Shown piece after piece: positions 47,509 through 57,504 of a stretch of DNA of 64,000 bases. Source of the stretch: an uncultured Bacteroidales bacterium (GTDB taxonomy: Bacteria > Bacteroidota > Bacteroidia > Bacteroidales > JAGOPY01); NCBI GenBank assembly GCA_964447005.1, contig CAYUQP010000009.1:38752-102751 (forward strand), given 5' to 3'. The stretch's first letter is position 1. Every line of letters begins with the position of its first letter. The notes beneath the pieces are model-generated. The model searched no databases. It was not told the origin of the DNA and saw only the letters and a list, made by a program, of their open reading frames with translations. The translations under genes were made by a program, and so were the position numbers.

Positions 47509-47543
47509 AGAGGGTGTGCTCTTTTGAGACACCCTCTTTTTTT
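47509..47543 (-). terminator. Bidirectional rho-independent terminator downstream of the 47562..50117 gene
   Basis: Stem AGAGGGTGT/ACACCCTCT with loop gctcttttgag. T-run on the + side and an A-rich tract (T-run on the - strand) on the other side. The loop core ctcaaaag is shared with the 24626 terminator. Confidence 0.7.
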
Positions 47544-47561
47544 CGCTTTAAAAAGTAACTT

Positions 47562-50117
47562 TTACCTTTGTTTTATAATTCTTACATTTTGAACATGGCC
47601 ACCTTGCTGGATTTTCATGATATAAATCCCGGCTTTAAGGTCAGCGCCCATGGTAAACTCCTGTTCAACGGCGATCTCTTTGATCTCCTGCATGATCTTC
47701 CCGCTCAGGTCATATATTAGAACTGATGCTGGTTCAGCAGATTCCGATTCAACAATCACTTTGAAATCAGATGTGGAAGGATTCGGGTAAATGATCGCTG
47801 AGAATTCATGATCATGCGAGTCAACCAGTTCCCCTGCCGTGATGCTGGTCTTCAGGTTATCGCAGCTCTGGTCGCAGGCTCCCAGTTGATCACCTTCATG
47901 ATTCCCCAGGTGAGCAGGTACTGCATTGACACTGATGGACAGGGTCTGCGGATTTTCAGGATTACCTGGCGGCACATGGCACAGGTAAACTTTTTTACCA
48001 TTGGTGCCGGGTACGCGGATATCCAGGACACAGATCGTAATGGTGCAGGTTGAAGAACATCCGAATTCGTTGGTGACCGTCAGCGTGAAATCATAGTTGC
48101 CTTCGGCCGCCGGGGTGAACACCGGTGCTGCGCAATCGCTGCAGCTCAGACCGTCAGACGGGCTCCAGGAATATGTGAATGCCGATCCGCCGGTGGCTGT
48201 ACCTGACAGGGTCACATTCTGCGGGCCATAGCCAATATAAATGGTCGTTTCCGGGCCGCCGGTATAAGGACCGACGCCGGGAATTGCTTCAATGGAGCAG
48301 GAAGGAACCTCCCCGACCACCGTTACATTGGCCGAACAGGTGGAACTGTTCCCGGAAGCGTCTGTAACCGTCAGTATAACAGGAACAACGCCGATATCCT
48401 CGCAACTGAATGTCTCCTGTGATAGTGAAATGGAAACAATACCGCAATTATCCGTTGATCCTGCATCGACGTCGGATGCAGTAACCGATGCGGTGCCACC
48501 GGCCAGCGTAACAGTAACATCCTGGCATGCAGCCATAGGATATTCACTATCGACTACTGTGACATCAAAGGAGCATGAAGATGCGTTGCCTGCGGCGTCA
48601 ACTGCCTCATAGCTGACCGTAGTGGTTCCCACCGGGAAAACTTCACCGGAATACAGACCTGACAGCAGGTAAAGCGGTGTGCCTTCAACCTCGAGAATGT
48701 ATGGATTAGGCGTCCAGCCGGGCAGGTCACTGGGGAGGTCATTCCATTTCAATGAGCCGCCAATATTGAGATAATTGGCATAATGCTCCGTTCCGCCGGC
48801 AGCATTGTTCGGTTCTCCTGCATGCCAGTCAGTGAATGAATAAGCCTCGCAGGTGACCCATTTCCAGTCTCCTTCCGCTTCAGCATCGGAAAATCCGATC
48901 CATGGACTGGAATTTTCCAGACCATTGGCAAAAAGGCCATATACGATAAGATCGTTTTCCTCCTGGGAGGTTACGGCAGCCATGTGCAGACCGTTAGCAC
49001 GGGAATCTGCCAGGGCGCCATGCCAGGTGAATGAAGCATTGGAAATAAAATAGCTGCTGTTTTCCAACGTGCCGAGATAGGTAAATCCCGGAAGGGAATT
49101 GACCGTGCATCTGTCTGTTGAGGTCACATTATAACAAACCCGGGCTCCGCATTGTCCCGGGTCGCTATATACCGTAATATCACCGGGGCAGTTGATAACA
49201 GGAGCTTCTTCATCCAGATCGTTGGTTACCTCAATGGTGAAGTCGCTTTGGCAACCGTTGCCGTCGGTCACGGTGACGGAATAGGTCCCGGCAACCAAAC
49301 CTGAAATATCTTCAGTGGTTGCGCCATTGCTCCATGTGTAGCTGAAGGGAGGAATACCACCTGCCGGATCCAGGTCGATCGCACCATTATTATAATCAGG
49401 ACAGGAAGGGCTGGTGACGGTGTAGGAACCTTCTTCAGTAAAGCTGACATTGCTGATGCAAACTGTCTGGAAATTGATCGCCGCACCCGTTGCTGCGGTA
49501 AAGCCCCAGAAAACATTGGCGTTGCCGCCGAAGATATTGGTAACAATATCGTTCGTGTAGTCGATCAACAGGTTGCCATCAAACCAGACTTTCAGATTAT
49601 TAATTCCGGCATTCCATGATATGGTAAAAGGGTGGTTCGTTCCGTTTTCCATATTGGGAAGTAAAACAGGTCCCTGCAGATTATTTGCCGTGTTGTGGCT
49701 GACCACCCCGTTTCTCATGAGGGCAACGTGATCGGCAGCCGGATCGGCAAATTCACCGTTTTGCCAGGTATCGAACTCCACCGCCAGTGAAGGCGAAATT
49801 CCCTGGTAGCCGATCCCTCCGCCTACGACTCCAAGACCGCTGCAGATCGGTTGAAGGACGAAGGCTATTCCATCAGCACCGCCACCATCAATAGAACCCA
49901 GGTTAAGGGTGCCTGTCACCGTAATATCACTATTAAGTGTTACCTTGTTCTGAAACCAGACCGATCCCACCTGGAAATAATTAGCTGGAGTAAGCTGGAA
50001 ACAGTCATTGCCAAGACTGATGGCATTTCCGTTGATCACATATTGCGACCATCCGGCAAAAGGGAGCATAAAAAGCATGCTCAACGCTAAAAAATAAACA
50101 CGTAATTTTTTCATCAT
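47562..50117 (-). CDS. Multidomain T9SS-secreted lectin/adhesin with legume-lectin-like N-domain, HYR/Ig-like domains, C-type lectin domain and T9SS CTD
   Basis: Signal peptide. The N-terminal ConA-like lectin region is AFVLQP...GGGIGY. CPGDITVY...C HYR-like repeats. The C-type lectin segment WIGFSDAEAEGDWKWV...WHAGEPNNAAGGTEHYANY carries an EPN motif. The C-terminal T9SS CTD is ...GIYIMKIQQGGHVQNVRIIKQR. Confidence 0.7.
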   Translation of the reverse strand: MMKKLRVYFLALSMLFMLPFAGWSQYVINGNAISLGNDCFQLTPANYFQVGSVWFQNKVTLNSDITVTGTLNLGSIDGGGADGIAFVLQPICSGLGVVGGGIGYQGISPSLAVEFDTWQNGEFADPAADHVALMRNGVVSHNTANNLQGPVLLPNMENGTNHPFTISWNAGINNLKVWFDGNLLIDYTNDIVTNIFGGNANVFWGFTAATGAAINFQTVCISNVSFTEEGSYTVTSPSCPDYNNGAIDLDPAGGIPPFSYTWSNGATTEDISGLVAGTYSVTVTDGNGCQSDFTIEVTNDLDEEAPVINCPGDITVYSDPGQCGARVCYNVTSTDRCTVNSLPGFTYLGTLENSSYFISNASFTWHGALADSRANGLHMAAVTSQEENDLIVYGLFANGLENSSPWIGFSDAEAEGDWKWVTCEAYSFTDWHAGEPNNAAGGTEHYANYLNIGGSLKWNDLPSDLPGWTPNPYILEVEGTPLYLLSGLYSGEVFPVGTTTVSYEAVDAAGNASSCSFDVTVVDSEYPMAACQDVTVTLAGGTASVTASDVDAGSTDNCGIVSISLSQETFSCEDIGVVPVILTVTDASGNSSTCSANVTVVGEVPSCSIEAIPGVGPYTGGPETTIYIGYGPQNVTLSGTATGGSAFTYSWSPSDGLSCSDCAAPVFTPAAEGNYDFTLTVTNEFGCSSTCTITICVLDIRVPGTNGKKVYLCHVPPGNPENPQTLSISVNAVPAHLGNHEGDQLGACDQSCDNLKTSITAGELVDSHDHEFSAIIYPNPSTSDFKVIVESESAEPASVLIYDLSGKIMQEIKEIAVEQEFTMGADLKAGIYIMKIQQGGHVQNVRIIKQR

Positions 50118-50208
50118 AATAGAATTAATTGATTATTTAATGGACTAATTTAGAACGGGTCAAAATTAGACAGCGGGCACTGCGGAAATCTTGTACTTTT
50201 TGCGCAAA

Positions 50209-51960
50209 TTATTGCACTTTTTGCTCTTTTTTATATTCTCCCGGGCTGCAACCAAACTGTTTTCTGAAGGCCCGGGAAAAATAAGCCTGGTCGCTAAAGC
50301 CAAGCTGATAGCAGATCTGGGCAACGGTACCTGCTTTTTGAGCGAGCAGGTCAGCAGCGCGTTGCAACCGCATCGAACGGATTAACTGACCTGCCGGCTG
50401 ACCGGTCAGTGCGTTCAGTTTCCGGTTGAGCTGGGAGACGCTGATACTTAATTCTGCAGAAAGTGAATCGACTGAAAATTCCGGGTTTTCGAAATTTGAC
50501 TCGATAAAACGTATGACTTTTTCGATGAAAATTCTATCAAGGGGCAAGGCCGATATTTCAGATGGCTTAATGATGGTAGCTTTGCTAAACCGGTCACGAA
50601 GTATCCTTCGCTGGTGGATGAGATTCCGGACTCTTGCTTTCAGTTCCCTTGAACTGAACGGTTTAATTATAAAATCATCGGCGCCGGTTTCCAGGCCACC
50701 GATCTTGTCTTCCAGGCCGGCCCTTGCAGTCAGCATGATCACCGGAATATGGCTTGTAGGAATATTATTGCGGATTTCTTTACAAAACCGGCATCCATCC
50801 ATGACCGGCATCATCAGGTCAGAAATAATGAGGTCAGGAATGGTCTCCTTTGCCAAATCCAAACCAGCCTTACCATTCTCCGATTCGATGACCTGGTAAT
50901 CATCGCTGAGCTGTTCCCTCAGAAATTCCCGGACTTCAGCGTTATCTTCAACAACCAGTACCAGTTCCCTCTCATTGCTTTCGGATCCCCGATTCTTAAT
51001 CTCAGATATTCCAGGGTCGGAATTCGCAATCTCTGCATAAAGCGCTGATAAGAGTTGCTTTGCATCCAGACTGATCACAGGTTCATCACCTGTCAAAACA
51101 TGATCTGTCGGAATCCTGACGTAAAAGACCGTGTTAACTCCTTCAATGCTTTCGACTGATATTGTGCCCCGGTGCAGTTCAACCAGTTCCCTGGCAAGTG
51201 CCAGGCCTATTCCTGTGCCTTCCTCAACGGTTGAACCCGATCCGTCGACCCGGTAGAAACGGTCGAAAATGCGTGGAAGATGCCCTGCGGGAATACCCCG
51301 GCCACTATTTTCAATTTTTATCTCAACAAAATGATCAGCAGCAACATAAAGGCTTACAGACACCTTTCCTTCTCTTTCACAGTATTTGACGGCATTGGCA
51401 ATCAGGTTGCAAAAAATTTTTTCCGCTTTGTCCGTGTCAAAAACTACCGGGATATGGCCCGGTTCCGATTTAAACGCCAGGGATATATTCTTGCTGGCTG
51501 CCAGCGATTCAAAGGAGAATAATATTCCTTTGACAAAGGTTACAATATCCTGCCGGGAAACGGACAATGCCATTTTACCGGCATCAAGCTTCGAAAGGTC
51601 AAGGATCTGGTTGATCAGCAGCAGCAATTTACGCGCGTTCCGGCCAATGGCCTTCAACTTTTCTTCATCCTGTGGCTCTTTTACGGTCGACGTCATGCTT
51701 TCAACATGACCCAGGATCATGGTGAGCGGGGTACGGAACTCGTGTGAAATATTGGCAAAAAACTGCGACCTGAGCCGGTCCATGCTACGGAGGGAATCCG
51801 TTTCTATTTTTTCAAGCCTTAACTGATTTCTGAGCCTGATCCTGTTCAGCTCATAGCGACGGACAAGCAAGAGGACGATGATCAGTGCCAACGCGGCCAC
51901 CAGGTAAACCGACCAGGATTGCCAAAAGATAAGAAGGGAAATAATGAAAGGATTTATCAT
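50209..51960 (-). CDS. Hybrid sensor histidine kinase / response regulator with C-terminal AraC-type HTH
   Basis: N-terminal TM. HisKA FANISHEFRTPLT. HATPase (GTGIGLALA). REC LVLVVEDNAEV...DLIISDLMMPVMDG. HTH_AraC ...GFSDQAYFSRAFRKQFGCSPGEY. Confidence 0.8.
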   Translation of the reverse strand: MINPFIISLLIFWQSWSVYLVAALALIIVLLLVRRYELNRIRLRNQLRLEKIETDSLRSMDRLRSQFFANISHEFRTPLTMILGHVESMTSTVKEPQDEEKLKAIGRNARKLLLLINQILDLSKLDAGKMALSVSRQDIVTFVKGILFSFESLAASKNISLAFKSEPGHIPVVFDTDKAEKIFCNLIANAVKYCEREGKVSVSLYVAADHFVEIKIENSGRGIPAGHLPRIFDRFYRVDGSGSTVEEGTGIGLALARELVELHRGTISVESIEGVNTVFYVRIPTDHVLTGDEPVISLDAKQLLSALYAEIANSDPGISEIKNRGSESNERELVLVVEDNAEVREFLREQLSDDYQVIESENGKAGLDLAKETIPDLIISDLMMPVMDGCRFCKEIRNNIPTSHIPVIMLTARAGLEDKIGGLETGADDFIIKPFSSRELKARVRNLIHQRRILRDRFSKATIIKPSEISALPLDRIFIEKVIRFIESNFENPEFSVDSLSAELSISVSQLNRKLNALTGQPAGQLIRSMRLQRAADLLAQKAGTVAQICYQLGFSDQAYFSRAFRKQFGCSPGEYKKEQKVQ

Positions 51961-52144
51961 CCTTAAAGCCCTCAGTTAACTTATTGATGTCCGTAAGATG
52001 GCCTGAATTATCAGTTAAGGCTTCAATTAAACAACTTTATTCCGTATTTTGTTCATTCTGAATTTCTATTTACAAAAATTCTATATTTGACAAAGCCAAA
52101 AAAAAAGCTGACAACAGATCCAACACCCTTCCAAAAGTTTTATC

Positions 52145-54091
52145 ATGAAATATAAAAACTATCTGCTTTTTATCATTGCATTATCCTTTTCTGTTGCATT
52201 GCCGGCGCAAAAGATCCTATTCGACAAGGCGCCCGGATGGGTCAAAGCAATCGGTATCCCTGAAAAGTCTGCCGTCACCAAATACGATATTTTATCCGGG
52301 CATTACCTGACGCTGGCAGATATCCAGATAAACCTGGAAGAGAATACGGTCTATCACCGTGAAGTGGCCAGTATCGTTTCTTACAGTGGCATTACCGATG
52401 CTTCGCAACTGGCGGTCATCTATGATACGACCTACGAGCGGCTGATCATCAATCATTTATTTATCTGGAGAAAAGGCGAGAAAATCGATCGCACCACTTC
52501 GCTGAGTTTTGAGAAGCTGAATAATGAAAATAACCTGGACCAGGGGATCTATACCGGGCAGATTACGGCTTACGAGAACCTGGACGATATCCGGAAAGAC
52601 GACCTGATTGACTTTGCCTACACCCTGGTGGGGGAAAACCCGATCTTTGACAATGAGAAGTTCCTCTTTATACCCCTTGAATCGATGAACCCGGTGGACT
52701 ATTTTTCACTGCGGACTTTGTATTCAAAGGAACAGGATTACTCCTGGAAATGTGAAGGATGTGACAGCCTGGTTTCTAACTCTGATACGAATGGTTACCG
52801 GCTAATTGAATATCATCGGGCAGATGTTAAAGCAATGAAACTTGAGGATAATATGACAGCCTGGGAAATGCCCTATCATTACTTTCTTCTGAGCAGCATG
52901 AAATCCTGGGAAGAAGTGAACGGCTGGGCACAGAAAGTATTTACGCTGGAAAAAGAACCGGGACTGGATGAGGTGTTCACTGAAATTTTCTCGGGAAATG
53001 AAACGACTGAAGAAAAAATAGATAAGATCATCAATTATGTGCAGGATGATATCCGCTACATGGGCATCGAAACGGGGATTGGCAGCATCAAGCCATTTCC
53101 GCCGGAACAGGTTGTAAAACAACGCTTTGGCGATTGCAAGGATAAATCCCTGCTGCTCGTTTCATTTTTGAAGAAAATCGGTGTGACCAATGCATACCCC
53201 GCCCTGGTCAATGTAGCCCTTCATCATGAAATTGAAAAGTTTTACCCCAATAATCAATGTTTTAACCATTGTATCGTGACGTTTGAATACGATGGAAATA
53301 CATATTGGGTGGATCCTACCGTGACTTTGCAGGGTGGTGGCTTTCAGTCCCTGAACAATTATGACTTTGAAAGAGCGCTGGTCATCGGGAAGCCTGCCGA
53401 TTCGCTCCAGGAAATGGCGCCGGTCCGGTCCGAATCCAAACTGGAGGTCATCGACGAGTTTACGATCAAATCGTTCACCGAACCGGCGGAGTTGAAAATG
53501 ACTTCCGTCAGGCATGGCCTGGAGTCGGATGCAAGAAGGGCTTTCTTCGAGTATTTCGCCATCGATAACATTTCAGACCTGCTGGAAAATGACCTGGGGC
53601 TGATCTTTCCAGAAGTAACCAAGACCTCAGACCCGGAAATTGATGACGATATGGAAGGGAATATTTTTACCGTGACCTATCACTACCAGGTAAATGGTTT
53701 CTGGCAGGATGGCAATAAAGGGAACAGTGACGCATTGTACAATTACTGGCTTTTCAGGTATGAACCGGTCATGCTGTACCAGAATTTCAAGACCTCCTCT
53801 TGTGAAGGCAGAATGTACGACTACCAACTGCCTTACCCTTTGAACCTGGATTACCGTGTCATCTTCAATTTTCCTGAAGATGTTCTCATCAATGATGAGT
53901 ATGATCTGTATGATAACCAGGCATTTACATATGAGGAAAGCGTCGAACAGGTCAGCCACAGTACGATACTGATCAGATACAAGTTCAGGACAAAATCGAA
54001 TTATATCAAAGCATCCGATTACAAGGAAATGTGTGAACAGACCAATAAAATCGTTAACGGGTTCCCAATAGTATTTTATTTCCCCAAATAA
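52145..54091 (+). CDS. DUF3857 + transglutaminase-like cysteine protease domain protein
   Basis: Signal peptide. QRFGDCKDKSLLLVSFLKKIG is the transglutaminase-core catalytic Cys motif. The N-terminal region matches DUF3857-type architecture. Confidence 0.65.
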   Translation: MKYKNYLLFIIALSFSVALPAQKILFDKAPGWVKAIGIPEKSAVTKYDILSGHYLTLADIQINLEENTVYHREVASIVSYSGITDASQLAVIYDTTYERLIINHLFIWRKGEKIDRTTSLSFEKLNNENNLDQGIYTGQITAYENLDDIRKDDLIDFAYTLVGENPIFDNEKFLFIPLESMNPVDYFSLRTLYSKEQDYSWKCEGCDSLVSNSDTNGYRLIEYHRADVKAMKLEDNMTAWEMPYHYFLLSSMKSWEEVNGWAQKVFTLEKEPGLDEVFTEIFSGNETTEEKIDKIINYVQDDIRYMGIETGIGSIKPFPPEQVVKQRFGDCKDKSLLLVSFLKKIGVTNAYPALVNVALHHEIEKFYPNNQCFNHCIVTFEYDGNTYWVDPTVTLQGGGFQSLNNYDFERALVIGKPADSLQEMAPVRSESKLEVIDEFTIKSFTEPAELKMTSVRHGLESDARRAFFEYFAIDNISDLLENDLGLIFPEVTKTSDPEIDDDMEGNIFTVTYHYQVNGFWQDGNKGNSDALYNYWLFRYEPVMLYQNFKTSSCEGRMYDYQLPYPLNLDYRVIFNFPEDVLINDEYDLYDNQAFTYEESVEQVSHSTILIRYKFRTKSNYIKASDYKEMCEQTNKIVNGFPIVFYFPK

Positions 54092-54098
54092 CCAGCAT

Positions 54099-54869
54099 AT
54101 GAAAAGGTTCATTCTTGGTTTTCTGATTATCCTGGCAGCCTCAGTTGTTCTGCCGGCACAGGATACACTGATTTTCTATTATGACAAGGACTGGATTGTG
54201 ATTCCGGACAAGGACCAGGCGGTATATTACCGGAAGGCTTTCCCGGATAAGGATGCCTGGGGGGTGCGTGATTATTTTAAGAGTGGCAAATTACAGATGA
54301 CCGGAACTTATAAATCAAAGAAATTCCCTGCAAGACAGGGTCATTTTGTCTACTATTTTGAGAGCGGGCAGAAGCAATCTGAAGGGAAATATCTTAATGA
54401 TAAACATGAAGGCCGGTGGACCTACTGGTTTGAAAACGGGAACATAAAATCGGAAGGCAGTTACATTGCCGGCAACCTGGAGGGCGAGTGGACCTATTGG
54501 CACGAGACCGGGGAAAAGAAATCAAAAGGCAATTTCTTCAAAAGCAATAAAAATGATTCATGGACTTACTGGTACCAGAATGGCCGTGTAGAAGGTGAAG
54601 AAAAGTACAAAACAGGAATAGTCTCTTCAACTAAAGTTTATTATAAGAATGGGGCGCTGAATTATGAAGGCGAATTCTTAAATGGTAAAAAACACGGTAC
54701 CTGGACCTATTATAATGTTGACGGGAGAGCTTATTTTTCAGGCAAATACGTGCTCGATGTAAAAAAAGGAGAATGGGTGCGGTCTTTCCCGCATGGTAAC
54801 ATGATCGTAAATTATGGTACGGCGGGGATACAGGAAAAAGAGTTCGGCGGTATGGTGAGGAAGAAATAA
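54099..54869 (+). CDS. MORN-repeat (YwqK-like) secreted protein
   Basis: Signal peptide. Tandem GxWxYWxENGxxxxEGxY repeats, about 8 copies. Confidence 0.7.
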   Translation: MKRFILGFLIILAASVVLPAQDTLIFYYDKDWIVIPDKDQAVYYRKAFPDKDAWGVRDYFKSGKLQMTGTYKSKKFPARQGHFVYYFESGQKQSEGKYLNDKHEGRWTYWFENGNIKSEGSYIAGNLEGEWTYWHETGEKKSKGNFFKSNKNDSWTYWYQNGRVEGEEKYKTGIVSSTKVYYKNGALNYEGEFLNGKKHGTWTYYNVDGRAYFSGKYVLDVKKGEWVRSFPHGNMIVNYGTAGIQEKEFGGMVRKK

Positions 54870-54891
54870 GAAGCGGGAAAAGACCGGCAAG

Positions 54892-56388
54892 TCATTCGAT
54901 CTTCTCCTTCCTCCCGTCGGCATAGCACCGGAACAGCTCGTCCCCGTTGATCAGCAATCCCTGCGAAGATTTCCCGCTCTCGTCGATGACCACATCCGCC
55001 GAAATGACCTTTCCATTGAAAGCAGCAGTGATGGTACTCATTTCGTTATGCCCAATGATCATTTTTTTAAGATTCTTCTCGGCTAAATATTCGTCGACAA
55101 ATTCCTGTGTGGCTTCCATTTCGTTGCCGTAAGCTCCATAGCCCCGGTACCACTGCGGGCCGAATTCGCCGAGGATCCTGTCGCGGGCGCTCTCTTTTTC
55201 AATGATGTAATCGGAATTAAGATATGCCCTCACCGAATCGTTAACAGCCTGGTCTGAGTAATTAAATGCTGCAAATTCGGATGAGATCCCCGCGTGTGAA
55301 AATAAATAATCGTTGATCCTTAAAATAACATTCTGGCTTCGGAGCCAGCTCCCCAGCACTGTGTTTCTTTCAAACAACTGCGAATAATCGAGTTGAAAAT
55401 ATTTTGTAAAAAAATCGTATTTATCGTTCAGGTACCGGTAATCACGGGTTAAGGCCATCATTTCGTGGTTTCCGAGCAGGAGATGCACATTTCCGCCAGA
55501 TTCCCGCGCTTGTCGTTGAAGGCGGTGCAGGAACCAGAGGGTCTCGGTTACTGAACCACCGCGGTCAAATACATCCCCTAGCAAAATGAGCCGGCCGTTC
55601 CCGAAGGTCCAGTTCTGCTCCGGATCGATGATCCCGTTATTGATCAGCAGGGACAGCATCTGGTGAAATTTTCCGTGAATATCTCCTACCGTGAAAATGT
55701 TCCCGCTTGTCACCAGGTGGCAGGAATCCGGAGCGTACCGGCAACTGATGTAATAATTCTTTGTATCCCATCCAAATCCCTGCACCATAGTATCCCCTTC
55801 CGTGTGCCTGATGGTCTTCTCGATGATCCCGGTGAGCTTCCTTTCACGGTCATGATCAAAATAGGCCATGACCACCTGCTCACTGTTTTCACGGTAAATG
55901 TATGGCCCATCCTGCATTGAAGCCATCGTGTCGCGCTTTGCGCACAGCTTTTCCATCGACACCAGGTATTTGTAGGCCGGTGAGGTCCCGTAATTGTATG
56001 CAAAATCACTGGCCAGCCGGCCCTTTTTGTTTTTATGAAGCGGATCGGCGCCACGGTCAACCAAAATTTTGCAGAGCTCTTTATTATTAAGCCCTGCGGC
56101 GTTGATCAGGGGCGTATTCAGCTTGTCGTCCGTCTCATTCACCTCCGCCCCGTATTCGATCAGCAACCGTGCAGCCCTGCCCTGGTCAAACCGGATCGCC
56201 CAATTCAGCAGGGAACGGTCATCATCTTTCAGATTCGGGTCAACACCGCTGTCCAGGTAAGCCTTTAGAAGGATGAGATCCCCGCTTTTAATGGCGGTTA
56301 AAACAGCCTTTCCATCCTGCCCCCATCCCGATAAGGACAAAGCCATAACCACAACCAAAAACCCTATTTTAATCAATCTGCTATTCAC
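54892..56388 (-). CDS. Secreted ankyrin-repeat protein fused to a PPP-family metallophosphoesterase (Ser/Thr phosphatase/ApaH-like) domain
   Basis: Signal peptide. 3-4 ankyrin repeats (DDRSLLNWAIRFDQGRAARLLIEYGAEVN...). GDIHGKF, GDVFDRGG and GNHE are PPP signatures. Confidence 0.7.
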   Translation of the reverse strand: MNSRLIKIGFLVVVMALSLSGWGQDGKAVLTAIKSGDLILLKAYLDSGVDPNLKDDDRSLLNWAIRFDQGRAARLLIEYGAEVNETDDKLNTPLINAAGLNNKELCKILVDRGADPLHKNKKGRLASDFAYNYGTSPAYKYLVSMEKLCAKRDTMASMQDGPYIYRENSEQVVMAYFDHDRERKLTGIIEKTIRHTEGDTMVQGFGWDTKNYYISCRYAPDSCHLVTSGNIFTVGDIHGKFHQMLSLLINNGIIDPEQNWTFGNGRLILLGDVFDRGGSVTETLWFLHRLQRQARESGGNVHLLLGNHEMMALTRDYRYLNDKYDFFTKYFQLDYSQLFERNTVLGSWLRSQNVILRINDYLFSHAGISSEFAAFNYSDQAVNDSVRAYLNSDYIIEKESARDRILGEFGPQWYRGYGAYGNEMEATQEFVDEYLAEKNLKKMIIGHNEMSTITAAFNGKVISADVVIDESGKSSQGLLINGDELFRCYADGRKEKIE

Positions 56389-57434
56389 TTTTCCACGACC
56401 CGTGCTTTATCAAAAAACTCAGTCTGTATCTTTTTCTCATCATTAATGATCTCATAAAACTTATCAAGGTATTTTACGACATCCGCTTTTTCATCTTTTT
56501 CCAATAACTCATCGTTCAAAAACACATCGTAGATCTCCTGTTTTTTTACCTTGAATTTTTCAATCGCATGATGCACGATAAACGGTTCTTTTTTAAATCC
56601 GCGATAGACGCGTTCGGACACATGGCCGGTGCCGACAACCGGGTTCATGACGGCATAATTGGCCGAGATCAGGCCGCTCCAGTCAAAATCATAGGGAACC
56701 GGGATGGGAGGAAACCTGCCGGCAGAGTCTTCGATGGCGATCACGTTATGCAGGTCATAAACCGAATAATCCGTATTTCCGATCATGTACTGGAACATGT
56801 CCATCAGGCACGACTGATGCGGGTTAAAACGGGTAGGGTCCATCTTTTTCGTTTCATTTTCAATACCGTGCAGGCGCTCAGCCAGGTACTTTTCCCGCTC
56901 GATAAAAAAGGCGAACTTCTGCACCGTGTCGTTCTTCCCGCCCATGCCAATATATTTTATACGGGCAGGCCTTGCATAGAATGAACTGTCGGTCAGCACA
57001 TTGTACGCTTTGTAGATCAGGTATTCCAGGATTGTATTTTGTTCATAGAAGTCAGCCTTGTCACAATGCGTTACCAGTTTGATGGCTTTCTGATCTTCGA
57101 ATGGTGTGTTTCTAACGGTTTTTTTCGAGAATTCAAGCCGGAGCGGAGGGAACCGGCAAACATCGCTCTCACGTCGTGTTTTCCCCCGGGTCCTGATCTC
57201 GATGTCGACGATCCTTTCCACGCCATTATTATCCTTCAGCGTAAGCTTAGCCGGGAACAGGGTGGAATCGTCCTTAACGGAAAACACGGTCTTAAAGTCG
57301 GCCTGCAGGGATAACTCGAGGATCTCATCGGATTGGAACAACGGCATCGCTAACTCTGACCCGGCATGCTGGGCCAGAAGACGGGCCGTCGCAAAGAATG
57401 CTGTGAAGATTAACAGGTAACGGAAAATTCTCAT
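56385..57434 (-). CDS. Secreted hypothetical protein, translationally coupled (ATGA overlap) to the ankyrin-phosphatase gene. Possible CotH-like fold.
   Basis: Signal peptide. No firm motif. The CotH-like assignment is speculative. Confidence 0.4.
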   Translation of the reverse strand: MRIFRYLLIFTAFFATARLLAQHAGSELAMPLFQSDEILELSLQADFKTVFSVKDDSTLFPAKLTLKDNNGVERIVDIEIRTRGKTRRESDVCRFPPLRLEFSKKTVRNTPFEDQKAIKLVTHCDKADFYEQNTILEYLIYKAYNVLTDSSFYARPARIKYIGMGGKNDTVQKFAFFIEREKYLAERLHGIENETKKMDPTRFNPHQSCLMDMFQYMIGNTDYSVYDLHNVIAIEDSAGRFPPIPVPYDFDWSGLISANYAVMNPVVGTGHVSERVYRGFKKEPFIVHHAIEKFKVKKQEIYDVFLNDELLEKDEKADVVKYLDKFYEIINDEKKIQTEFFDKARVVEK

Positions 57435-57504
57435 GACTGACCTAAACTTAGTATTTATGGATTTCCGGGCAAATCATTCATTTATCAACTGATCAAAGCA
57501 GAAA

